Part shown: positions 1 to 12,828 of the stretch, piece by piece
Layout: each line of letters opens with the position of its first letter
Numbering within the stretch: the stretch's first letter is position 1
Source: Eledone cirrhosa
Taxonomy: Eukaryota
DNA length: 35,790 nucleotides
Reading direction: 5' to 3'
NCBI GenBank assembly: GCA_964016885.1
Contig: CAXHJY010000444.1
Span: forward strand, 1 to 35,790
Made by a program: the position numbers and the translations under genes
Notes under the pieces: model-generated
The model's database searches: none
What the model was told of the DNA's origin: nothing
The model's input: only the letters and a program-made list of their open reading frames with translations

Positions 1-33
1 CACAAATATATATATATATAAATATACACACAA

Positions 34-66
<33 letters not shown>

Positions 67-225
67 TATACACAAATATATACACATATATATACACAAA
101 TATATATATATATATATATACACACAAATATATATATATACACTTATGTATACACAAATATATACACATATATATACACAAATATATATATATATATACA
201 CACAAATATATATATATATACACAA

Positions 226-256
<31 letters not shown>

Positions 257-358
257 TATACATACATATATATATTATACGTGTGTGCGCGCGTGTATAT
301 ATATATACACACACAGACACATACACACAGCTATATATACACTGTCAAATATATATAG
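1..358. repeat. Interrupted (TA)n/(CA)n microsatellite with recurring CACAAATATA motif
   Basis: Direct reading; ORFs here are Y/I/T/H-only translations of dinucleotide repeats. Confidence 0.95.
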
Positions 359-503
359 TATATAACGTAATATAAATATAATGTCATGATGGAGATGAAA
401 GAGAAGTGAAAATAAAAATTCGATTCCATTGCAGATTTTTAGTGGGTCTTTTGAAGAGACTTGCTGGGAAGGTGGGCGGACATCTTGGATAGAATAGAGT
501 TAA

Positions 504-3002
504 GGTGGTGGTGGTGTGGTGGTGTGGTGGTGTGGTAGTAGTGTGATAGTGTGGTGGTGTGGTGGTGTGGTGGTGTGGTGGTGTTGTAGTGTGGTGGTGT
601 GGTGTGGTGGTGTTGTAGTGTGGTGGTGTGGTGGTGTGGTGGTGTGGTGGTGGTGTGGTAGTGTGGTGGTGTGGTAGTGTGGTGGTGTGGTAGTAGTGTG
701 ATAGTGTGGTGGTGTGGTGGTGTGGTAGTAGTGTGATAGTGTGGTGGTGTGGTGGTGTGGTGGTGTGGTAGTGTGGTGGTGTGATGGTGTGGTGGTGATG
801 TGGTGGTGTGGTGGTGTGGTGGTGTGGTGGTGTGGTAGTAGTGTGATAGTGTGGTGGTGTGGTAGTGTGGTGGTGTGGTAGTGTGGTGGTGTGGTGGTGC
901 TGTGGTGGTGTGGTGGTGTGGTGGTGTTGTAGTGTGGTGGTGTGGTGGTGTGGTGGTGTGGTGGTGTGGTAGTGTGATGGTGTGGTGGTGTGGTGGTGTG
1001 GTGGTGTTGTAGTGTTGTAGTGTGGTGGTGTGGTGGTGTGGTGGTGTGGTGGTGGTGTGGTGGTGTGGTGGTGGTGTGGTGGTGTTGTAGTGTGATGGTG
1101 GTGTGGTAGTGTGATGGTATGGTGGTGTGATGGTGTGGTGGTGTTGTAGTGTGGTGGTCTGGTGGTGTTGTAGTGTGATGGTGTGGCGGTGTGGTGGTGT
1201 GGTGGTGTGGTGGTGTGGTAGTGTGATGGTGTGGTGGTGTGGTGGTGTGGTGGTGTGGTAGTGTGATGGTGTGGTGGTGTGGTGGTGTTGTAGTGTGGTA
1301 GTAGTGTGATAGTGTGGCGGTGTTGTAGTGTGATGGTGTGGTGGTGTTGTAGTGTGGTAGTGTGGTGGTGTTGTAGTGTGGTGGTGTTGTAGTGTGGTAG
1401 TGTGATGGTGTGGTGGTGTGGTGGTGTGGTGGTGTGGTGGTGTGATGGTGTGATGGTGTGATGGTGTGGTGGTGTGATGGTGTGGCGGTGTGGTGGTGTT
1501 GTAGTGTTGTAGTGTGGTAGTGTGGTGGTGTGGTGGTGTTGTAGTGTGGTGGTGTTGTAGTGTGGTGGTGTTGTAGTGTGGTGGTGTTGTTGTAGTGTGG
1601 TAGTGTGGTAGTGTGGTGGTGTGGTGGTGTTGTAGTGTGGTGGTGTGATGGTGTGGTGGTGTGGTGGTAGTGTGATGGTATGGTGGTGTGGTGGTGTTGT
1701 AGTGTGGTAGTGTGATGGTGTGGTGGTGTGGTGGTAGTGTGGTAGTGTGATGGTATGGTGGTGTGGTGGTGTTGTAGTGTGGTAGTGTGATGGTGTGGTG
1801 GTGTTGTGGTGGTAGTGTGATGGTATGGTGGTGTGGTGGTGTTGTAGTGTGGTAGTGTGATGGTGTGGTGGTGTGGTGGTGTTGTAGTGTGGTAGTGTGA
1901 TGGTGTGGTGGTGTGGTGGTATTGTAGTGTGGTAGTGTGATGGTGTGGTGGTGTGGTGGTGTTGTAGTATGGTAGTTTGGTGGTGTTATGGTGGTGTTGT
2001 AGTGTGGTAGTGTGATGGTGTTGTGGTGTGGTGGTGTGGTGGTGTTATAGTGTGGTAGTGTGATGGTATGGTGGTGTGGTGGTGTTGTAGTGTGGTAGTG
2101 TGATGGTATGGTGGTGTTGTGGTGTGGTGGTGGTGTGGTAGTGTGATGGTGTGGTGGTGTGGTGGTGTTGTAGTGTGGTAGTGTGGTAGTGTGATGGTAT
2201 GGTGGTGTGGTGGTGTTGTGGTGTTGTAGTGTGGTAGTGTGATGGTGTGGTGGTGTGGCGGTGTTGTAGTGTGATGGTGTGGTGGTGTTGTAGTGTGATG
2301 GTATGGTGGTGTGGTGGTGTGGTGGTGTGGTGGTAGTGTGAAGGTATGGTAGTGTGGTGGTGTTGTAGTGTGGTAGGGTGATGGTGTGGTGGTGGTGGGT
2401 GGTGTTGTGTGATGGTATGGTGTGGGGTGGTGTTGTGTGTGGTAGTGTGTGGTGTGGTGGTGTGGTGGTGTTGTAGTGTGATGGTATGGTGGGGTGTGGT
2501 GGTGTTGTAGTGTGATGGTTGGTGGTGTGGTGGTGTGTGTTGGTAGTGTGATGGTGTGGTGGGGGTGGTGTTGTGTGTAGTGTGGATGGTGTGGTGGTGT
2601 GGTGGGGTTGGTGTGGGTGTGGGATGGGTGGTGGTGGGGTGGTGTGTAGTGTGGTGGTGGGGTGGTGTGGTGGTGTGGTGGTTGTGGGTGGTGTGTGGTG
2701 GGGTGGTGGGGGTTGTGTGTGTGGTTGGTGGTGTGGGGTGTGGTGGGTGGGGGTGTGTGGGGTGATGGTGTGGTGGGGGGTGGGGGTGGTGGTGTGGTGT
2801 GTGTGGTGGTGGGGGGGGTGGGTGGGGTGGGGTGTGTGGTGTGGGGTGGGGGGGGTGGTGGTGTGTAGTGTGGTAGTGTGTGTGTGGTGGTGTGGTGGTG
2901 TTGTAGTGTTGTAGTGTGGTAGTGTGTTGGTGTGGTGGTGTGGTGGTGTTGTAGTGTGGTAGTGTGTGGTGTGCTGGTGTTGTAGTGTGATGGTATGGTG
3001 TT
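504..3002 (+). repeat. GT-rich ~8-bp satellite (GTGGTGGT with variants GTTGTAGT, GTGATGGT, GTGGTAGT); degenerate with G4-G10 runs around 2380-2860
   Basis: Continuous tandem 8-bp-period units with almost no C on the + strand. Confidence 0.95.
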
Positions 3003-3115
3003 GTACATAAATACATACATAAATATATATATACATATTTATATACATATATATATACATATATATATACACATATATATATATACACATATATATACAT
3101 ATACATATATATACA

Positions 3116-3149
<34 letters not shown>

Positions 3150-3322
3150 CATATATATATATACATATATATATATATACATACATATATATATATACAT
3201 ACATATATATAGATATATATATATATACATATATATATATACATATATATATATATACATATATATATATACATATATATATATATACATATATATACAT
3301 ATACATATATATATACATATAC

Positions 3323-3353
<31 letters not shown>

Positions 3354-3387
3354 CATATATATTATATATATATATACATATATATAC

Positions 3388-3422
<35 letters not shown>

Positions 3423-3565
3423 CATATATATATACATATATATATATACATATATATATATACATATATACATATATATATATACATATATATATATACA
3501 TATATATATATACATATATATACATATATATATATACATATATATATATACATATATATATATAC

Positions 3566-3612
<47 letters not shown>

Positions 3613-3655
3613 CATATATATATACATATATATATATACATATATACATATACAT

Positions 3656-3689
<34 letters not shown>

Positions 3690-3719
3690 ATACATATATA
3701 TATACATATATACATATAC

Positions 3720-3767
<48 letters not shown>

Positions 3768-3787
3768 ATACATATATATACATATAC

Positions 3788-3833
<46 letters not shown>

Positions 3834-3855
3834 ATACATATACATATATATATAC

Positions 3856-3887
<32 letters not shown>

Positions 3888-3903
3888 ATATATACATATA
3901 CAT

Positions 3904-3937
<34 letters not shown>

Positions 3938-3985
3938 ATATATACATATACATATATATATATATATATATACATATATATATAC

Positions 3986-4058
<73 letters not shown>

Positions 4059-4099
4059 CATATATATATACATATATATATATATACATATATATATAC

Positions 4100-4136
<37 letters not shown>

Positions 4137-4305
4137 CATATATATATACATATACATATATATATACATATACATATATATATACATATATATATATATA
4201 CATATATATATATACATATATATACATATATATACATATATATATATATACATATATATATATACATATATATACATATATATACATATATATATATATA
4301 CATAC

Positions 4306-4340
<35 letters not shown>

Positions 4341-4341
4341 C

Positions 4342-4384
<43 letters not shown>

Positions 4385-4415
4385 TATATACATATATATA
4401 TACATATATATATAC

Positions 4416-4446
<31 letters not shown>

Positions 4447-4471
4447 CATATATACATATATATATATATAC

Positions 4472-4502
<31 letters not shown>

Positions 4503-4505
4503 CAC

Positions 4506-4536
<31 letters not shown>

Positions 4537-4561
4537 CATATATACATATATATATATATAC

Positions 4562-4592
<31 letters not shown>

Positions 4593-4983
4593 CACATATA
4601 TATACATATATATATATATACATATATATATATACACATATATATACATATATATATATACACATATATATACATATATATATATATACATATATACATA
4701 TATATATATACATATATACATATATACATATATACATATATATATATATACATATATATATATACATATATACACATATATATACATATATATATACATA
4801 TATATATACAAATATATATACAAATATATATATATACAAATATATATATATACATATATATATATACATATACATATATATACATACATATATATATATA
4901 CATATATATATATACATATATATATATACATATATATATACATATATATATACATATATATATATATACATATATATATATAC

Positions 4984-5014
<31 letters not shown>

Positions 5015-5105
5015 CATATATATATATACATATATATATATACATATATATATATACATATATATATATACATATATATATACATATATATATACATATA
5101 TATAC

Positions 5106-5152
<47 letters not shown>

Positions 5153-6586
5153 CATATATATATATACATATATATATATATACATATATACATATATATA
5201 CATATATATACATATATATACACACATATATATATACACACATATATAAATACATATATATATATATACATATATATATACACATATATATATATATATT
5301 TATATACATATACATATATATACATATACATATATATATATACACATATATATATACACATATATATATACACATATATATATACACATATATATATATA
5401 CATTTATATACATATATATATATATACATATATATATACACATATATATATACATTTGTTATACATATATACATTTATATACATATATATACATATATAT
5501 ATACACATATATATATATACATTTATATACATATATACATATATATATACACATATATATATATACATTTATATACATATATATATATACATATATATAT
5601 ACACATATATATATACATTTATATACATATATATATATACATATATACATATATATACACACATATATATACAAATATATATACATATATATACATACAT
5701 ATACATACATATACATATACATATTCATATATATATACATATACATATACATATTCATATATATATACATATATACATACATATATATACATATATATAT
5801 ATAAATATACATATATATACATATATAAATATACATATATATATATAAATATACTTATATATACATATATATATATAAATATACATATATATACATATAT
5901 ATATATAAATATACATATATATACATATATATATATAAATATACATATATATACATATATATATATAAATATACATATATATACATATATATATATAAAT
6001 ATACATATATATACATATATATATATAATATACATATATATACATATATATATAAATATACATATATATACATATATATATATAAATATACATATATATA
6101 CATATATATATATAAATATACATATATATACATATATATATATATACATATATATATATACATATATATATATAAATATACATATATATATATACATATA
6201 TATATATAATATACATATATATATATAAATATACATATATATACATATATATATATATATACATATATATACATATATATATATATATACATATATACAT
6301 ATATATATACATATATATATACATATATATATACATATATATATACACATATATATATAGATATATATATACATATATATATACATATATATATACATAT
6401 ATATATACATATATATACATATATATATATATACATATATATATACATATATATACATATATATATATATACATATATATATACATATATACATATACAT
6501 ATACATATATATATATAAACATATATATATATACAAACATATATATATATACAAACATATATATACATATACATATATATATAAAC

Positions 6587-6635
<49 letters not shown>

Positions 6636-6959
6636 CATACACATATATATATAAACATATATATATATACATATACATATATATATAAACATATATATAT
6701 ATACATATACATATATACATATACATATACATATATAAACATATATATATATACATATACATATATATATAAACATATATATATATACATATACATATAT
6801 ATATAAACATATATATATATACATATACATATATATAAACATATATATATATACATATACATATATATATATATACATGATACATATATATAAACATATA
6901 TATATACATATACATATATATATACATATATATATATACATATACATACATATACATAT

Positions 6960-6993
<34 letters not shown>

Positions 6994-7033
6994 ATATATA
7001 CATATACATACATATACATACATATATATATAC

Positions 7034-7064
<31 letters not shown>
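3003..7064. repeat. Compound (TA)n(CA) microsatellite with sub-domains (TACA; TAAATATACA ~5800-6230; TAAACA ~6510-6900)
   Basis: Direct reading; alternating purine/pyrimidine for ~4 kb. Confidence 0.97.
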
Positions 7065-7243
7065 AACGGAAAAAATGAAACGAAATTTCATTTCCCGCTC
7101 TTAGTACGGCTGTAACTTAAATATAAGTATGTACACGTACACACTTATATGTATACAGACGTACCGTAGTATGTATATATATATACATACATGCACACGT
7201 ATATATATGTACGTATAGATATACCGAACATTTATTATAATGC

Positions 7244-7330
7244 TATATGTATATATGTATATACCACCACACTACAACACAACCACAGCACAACACAACA
7301 CCACCACACTACAACACCACCACATATATG

Positions 7331-7363
<33 letters not shown>

Positions 7364-7644
7364 ATATATATATATATATACATGCATATATATATATATA
7401 TACATGCATATATATATATATACATGCATATATATATATATATACATGCATATATATATATATACATGTATATATATATATATACATGTATATATATATA
7501 TATATACATGTATATATATATATATACATGCATATATATATATATATATATGCATATATATATATATATGCATATATATATATATATATATGCATATATA
7601 TATATATATATATATGCATATATATATATATATATATATGCATA

Positions 7645-7695
<51 letters not shown>

Positions 7696-7709
7696 GCATA
7701 TATATATAT

Positions 7710-7778
<69 letters not shown>

Positions 7779-7879
7779 TATATGTGGTGGTGTTGTAATG
7801 TGGTGGTGTTGTAGTGTGGTGGTGTTATGTTGTGCTGTGGTTGTGTTGTAGTGTGGTGGTATATACATATATACATATA
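7244..7879. repeat. Fold-back inverted repeat: satellite-derived arms (7263-7323 / 7784-7860) around a self-complementary (TA)n-TGCA tract
   Basis: ACCACCACACTACAACACAACCACAGCACAACA... is matched by ...TGTTGTGCTGTGGTTGTGTTGTAGTGTGGTGGT; the right arm has one substitution and one extra 16-bp unit. Confidence 0.9.
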
Positions 7880-8146
7880 CATATATATATATGCATATTT
7901 ATATATAGATGCATATTTATATATAGATGCATATATATATATATATGCATATATATAAATATATATATATATATGCATATATATATATGCATATATATAA
8001 ATATATATATGCATATATATTCATTAGTTAGCAAAACAAGACCACAAACTTCACAAGGAAGACATTATTAAAAGATTGTCAACATATTTAGTTTGATGTA
8101 AGGAATGTAGAGAATAATAATAATAATATTAATAATAATAATGTAC

Positions 8147-8266
8147 GTTTACAATTGTTTCGCTACTCCATATGATATTTCTGGATCAGATGACTATATA
8201 TCATAATTGATCTGGTTCAGTTGAAAATAATTAACATATTTAAAAAACAGTGTGGCTCATCGGAAC
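8147..8266 (-). ncRNA. Mirror copy of the hammerhead fold in the left palindrome arm
   Basis: Reverse complement reads GTT CCGATGA GCCACACT...GGAGTAGC GAAA CAATTG TA AAC; one extra stem-II mismatch. Confidence 0.6.
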
Positions 8267-8547
8267 TCAAAGCAATTTAAATTAAAATAATGGGATAATG
8301 TTACATAATATAATGTTCCATATATTGGTTTTTACTACGGTGTCTTGGCTGCATTGTGTGAGATCTGCATATGGGTAACAAGATCTTGTTACCCATAGGC
8401 AGATCTCACACAATGCAGCCACGACAGATGAATACTGCTTGATTACGGCTGACAGCTGATGAAACTAAGACACCATAGTAAAAAACCAATATATGGAACA
8501 TTATATTATGTAACATTATCCCATTATTTTAATTTATATTCCTTTGA

Positions 8548-8667
8548 GTTCCGATGAGCCACTCTGTTTTTTAAATATGTTAATTATTTTCAACTGAACC
8601 AGATCAATTATGATATATAGTCATCTGATCCAGAAATATTATATGGAGTAGCGAAACAATTGTAAAC
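8548..8667 (+). ncRNA. Minimal type-I hammerhead ribozyme fold with extended stem II (core variant CCGAUGA)
   Basis: GTT | CCGATGA | GCCACTCT ...~80 nt... GGAGTAGC | GAAA | CAATTG (palindromic stem III) | TA | AAC; predicted cut after GUA at 8664. Confidence 0.65.
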
Positions 8668-8976
8668 GGACATTATTATTATTAATATTATTATTATTAT
8701 TCTCTACATTCCTTACATCTAACTAAATATGTTGACAATCTTTTAATAATGTCTTCCTTGTGAAGTTTGTGGTCTTGTTTTGCTTAACTAAAGAATATTT
8801 CCAGCTCTGTGCACCTAACTTCTGCATGAACCCAACCACCTAGTTGCTTTCTACTGCATATTGCACATTGAGCACATGCCTTTACGCTTTGGCTTCTAAC
8901 TAACTCACCAATCTCTCCTCTCATATCTCCTCTACTATCTCCATCTCTCTCTTTAAGATTGGTTACTCTTGAACTG

Positions 8977-8982
8977 TGTATA

Positions 8983-9028
<46 letters not shown>

Positions 9029-9067
9029 TATATATATATATATATGCATATATATATATATATATGC

Positions 9068-9099
<32 letters not shown>

Positions 9100-9336
9100 G
9101 CATATATATATATATGCATATATATATATATATGCATATATATATATATATATGCATATATATATATATATATATATATGCATATATATATATATATATA
9201 TATATGCATATATATATATATATATATGCATATATATATATATATATATATATGCATATATATATATATATGCATATATATATATATATATATGCATATA
9301 TATATATATATATATGCATATATATATATATATATA

Positions 9337-9374
<38 letters not shown>

Positions 9375-9510
9375 TATATATATATATATATATGCATATA
9401 TATATATATATATATGCATATATATATATATATATGCATATATATATATATATATATGCATATATATATATATATATGCATATATATATATATATATATG
9501 CATATATATA

Positions 9511-9548
<38 letters not shown>

Positions 9549-9586
9549 TATATATATATATATATATATATATGCATATATATATA

Positions 9587-9620
<34 letters not shown>

Positions 9621-9911
9621 TATATATATATGCATATATATATATGCATATATATATATATGCATATATATATATATGCATATATATATATATATGCATA
9701 CATATATATATATGCATATATATATATATATGCATACATATATATATATGCATACATATATATATATGCATATATATATATATGCATATATATATATGCA
9801 TATATATATGCATATATATATATGCATATATATATGCATATATATATATATGCATATATATATATGCATATATATATGCATATATATATATATGCATATA
9901 TATATATATGC

Positions 9912-9944
<33 letters not shown>

Positions 9945-10167
9945 TATATGCATCCATATATATATATATGCATGCATATATATATACATGCATCCATATA
10001 TATATGCATGCATATATATATAGATGCATATATATATGCATATATATATATACATATATATGCATATATATATGCATATATATATATGCATATATATGCA
10101 TATATATGCATATATATATATATATATATATATATTCATGTATGTATGTATGTATGTATGTATGTAT

Positions 10168-10224
<57 letters not shown>

Positions 10225-10230
10225 CATATA
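8977..10230. repeat. (TA)n microsatellite periodically interrupted by TGCA
   Basis: Same TATGCATA unit as 7324-8016, so the 8017-8976 block interrupts one tract. Confidence 0.95.
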
Positions 10231-10624
10231 TGGTATATTAACAGAAATGAGTTTCTTTTTCTCTCTCCAATAGATAAGAGCAATAAGAGCGGTAAAGCTT
10301 ATTAAACATTATGAATTTGTAAAACCTCATTTTCCAATGAATTCAACGAGAGACCTCCAGTCGACGCTCACTCTTGTTGTCGTGTTATCTGGCATAGAAA
10401 GATAGCCTATCTTGATTTGATGTTTATAAAAGAATTAACACACTCTATAAATATGTAGAATATAATACACAAGAAATATATAGCGTAACAAACTAATTTA
10501 AACATTTGCACTTTGGAAAACAATGAAGTAAGCAGGAAAGAAGAAAAAATAAAAATAAAAACATTAATTCAATTCATGCAAATAGTCTAATAGGAGCCAC
10601 AGCTTAATACAGTGTCTATAGAGT

Positions 10625-10930
10625 TATATACATATATATATATATGTTATATACATATATATATGTACAGACATACACATATATACACACACACGTATAC
10701 ACACAAGGGCGCGCGCGCGCACACACGCGTCCGCAAACACACTCGTACGCACACGCACACATACACACACGCGCATACACACACACACGTATACACACAA
10801 GCACGCGTCCGCAAACACACGCACGCACACGCACATACACACCCACGCACGTAGACACGCGCACACACATACACACAAACGTACAGAAATACAGACATAC
10901 ACCTACACACACACACACAAATCTATATAC
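10625..10930. repeat. (CA)n/(CG)n mixed microsatellite with a duplicated ACACACGTATACACACAAG...GCGTCCGCAAACAC segment
   Basis: Motif seen at ~10688-10741 and ~10782-10819; GCGCGCGCGCGC near 10709. Confidence 0.85.
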
Positions 10931-10935
10931 TTGCA

Positions 10936-11028
10936 ATGGCGTAGTTGTGTGTTCGGTTCCAGTGACAGAACGATACATTATATCCTTCAGCAAGACACTT
11001 CATTTCCACATTGCTCTATCTAGCAGCT
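10936..11028 (+). mobile_element. Degenerate tRNA-derived SINE remnant
   Basis: A-box-like TGGCGTAGTTG (10937), B-box-like GTTCGGTTCC (10951, spacing collapsed), then TCCTTCAGCAAGACACTTCATTTCCACATTGCTC resembling the CCTTGAGCAAGACACTT core of invertebrate SINEs. Confidence 0.55.
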
Positions 11029-11149
11029 ATGACCAGTAGAAAGTACTTGTAGTAACAGCAGTGGAAAGACCAACAGAAACAGTACTTTTCTGGTCATTTG
11101 TGATCGAAGACGATCTTGACCCTTTGTCTGTATGAAAAAGTAAATAGAC

Positions 11150-11198
11150 ACTCTCTCTCTCTCTCTCATATATTTATATGTATATATATATGTATATG

Positions 11199-11252
<54 letters not shown>

Positions 11253-11985
11253 CATACACACATATATATATATATACATATATATATACATATATATACA
11301 TATACATATACATACATATACATACATATATATATATACATATACACATATACATATACATATGTACATAGACACATGTATATACATACACATATATACA
11401 TAGACACATGTATATACATACACATATATACATACACATATATACATACACATATATACATACACATATATACATGTATACATACACATATATACATATA
11501 TACATACACATATATACATACACATGTATATACATATATACATACACATATATATACATATATACATACACATATATACATACACATATATACATACACA
11601 TATATACATGTATACATACACATATATACATATATACATACACATATATACATATATACATACACATATATACATGTATACATACACATATATACATATA
11701 TACATACACATATATACATACACATGTATATACATATATACATACACATATATATACATACACATATATATACATATATACATACACATATATATACATA
11801 TATACATACACATATATATACATATATACATACACATATATATACATATATACATACACATATATATACATATATACATACACATATATATACATATATA
11901 CATACACATATATATACATATATACATACACATATATATACATATATACATACACATATATATATATATACATACACATATATAT
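11150..11985. repeat. (TA)n/(CA) tract resolving into a 22-bp unit ATATATACATATATACATACAC
   Basis: The unit repeats regularly at ~11760-11960 and resumes at 12595-12828. Confidence 0.93.
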
Positions 11986-12594
11986 GGTGGCTGCCAACTC
12001 GTTTTCGAGTACGGCCACTACTTTATATCCATGTAGGAGAACCCCTACTGATGCGCTGAACGAGTGTGACTTTTTAGTCCAGCCAGCGACTTGAAAACTC
12101 TGGTACAAACACTACACCTGTGACAATTATTGACACATAGTGCTTTGCCTTTGGTACCCTGTGATGACAAGTGCAGAGAGATCTCCAGATATAAAGCAAT
12201 GCCTGTGCCGTGAAGCTTTTATAGTGAGCAAAGGCACTGCACAAAGCCAGTCCCACTCTCTTAACCAAGATGATATTTACCAAAAAGAAGAACAAGTCAA
12301 CATCATTGGATACCATCAGGGTTGCAGGTGTTATATCAGAGTTTTCCTTCTCCTAGAATTCTGCCTTGACAAAGGCTAAGGGGTCATCTCTCCCGGTGAT
12401 TTTGGATGGCCATTGACTCTTAAGAGTTCCTTTGCCCTTTGACAGGTTTTGTTTTTAGTCCTGCAGGATGTCCAAAGTCACCCTCCTCACCAAGAAACCT
12501 TGGCGGGGTTGCCAGTTTAGTCGCCAACGACCCGACCATGGGACAGGTTGTACTGGGATACATGTTACCAGTAGCACCAACTGGTGACCTGACC
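11986..12594 (-). mobile_element. Short internally deleted (non-autonomous) RTE-clade non-LTR retrotransposon
   Basis: Minus strand has RTE-type 5' UTR motifs GTCGTTGGCGACTAAA and TCTAGGAGAAGGAAAACTCTGA, then the C-terminal C2H2 finger plus stop, then the 3' UTR hairpin ACTCG-AAAA-CGAGT running into TA repeats. No endonuclease or RT sequence lies between them. Confidence 0.7.
12045..12134 (-). pseudogene. C2H2 zinc-finger remnant of an RTE ORF C-terminus ([29 protein letters not shown])
   Basis: Manual translation, not in the ORF track: C-x2-C-x3-F-x5-L-x2-H-x4-H followed by TAG; no upstream ATG in frame. Confidence 0.8.
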
Positions 12595-12828
12595 ATATAT
12601 ATACATATATACATACATACACATATATATACATATATACATACATACACATATATATACATATATACATACACATATATATACATATATACATACACAT
12701 ATATATACATATATACATACACATATATATACATATATACATACACATATATATATATATATATATACACATATATATACATATATATATATACATACAC
12801 ATATATATACATATATATATATACATAC
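12595..12828. repeat. Continuation of the 22-bp-unit TA/CA tract
   Basis: Same unit as 11760-11960. Confidence 0.9.

Larger units (their letters stand above)
8017..8798. mobile_element. Long palindrome of a hammerhead-containing sequence; probable inverted pseudo-LTR remnant of a Penelope-like element
   Basis: 8031 GCAAAACAAGACCACAAACTTCACAAGG pairs with CCTTGTGAAGTTTGTGGTCTTGTTTTGC ending 8783. The arms match with about 8 differences. The inner palindrome 8347-8420 is centred on AGATCT, and 8421-8466 is present only in the right arm. The palindrome is seen directly; the Penelope assignment is inferred from the hammerhead and the TA-tract location. Confidence 0.7.

Noticed and set aside
360-503. 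Possible small exon (435-471, AG...GT) or piggyBac-like end (GAGTTAA)
   Set aside because: Weak pyrimidine tract, no recognisable peptide, no partner TIR.
504-3002. Telomeric repeat or His/Thr/Pro mucin-like gene
   Set aside because: No TTAGGG units; the 8-bp period is not a codon multiple and the same peptide rotates through all three minus frames.
8455-8466. CTGATGAAAC (also CTGATGAGAAA near 26240) as additional hammerhead cores
   Set aside because: No stem II or flanking stems I/III.
8784-8975. Non-repetitive tail of ORF 8784-10283 (CAQCAIC motif)
   Set aside because: No recognisable domain, start or splice signal; open frame of ~60 codons is within chance.
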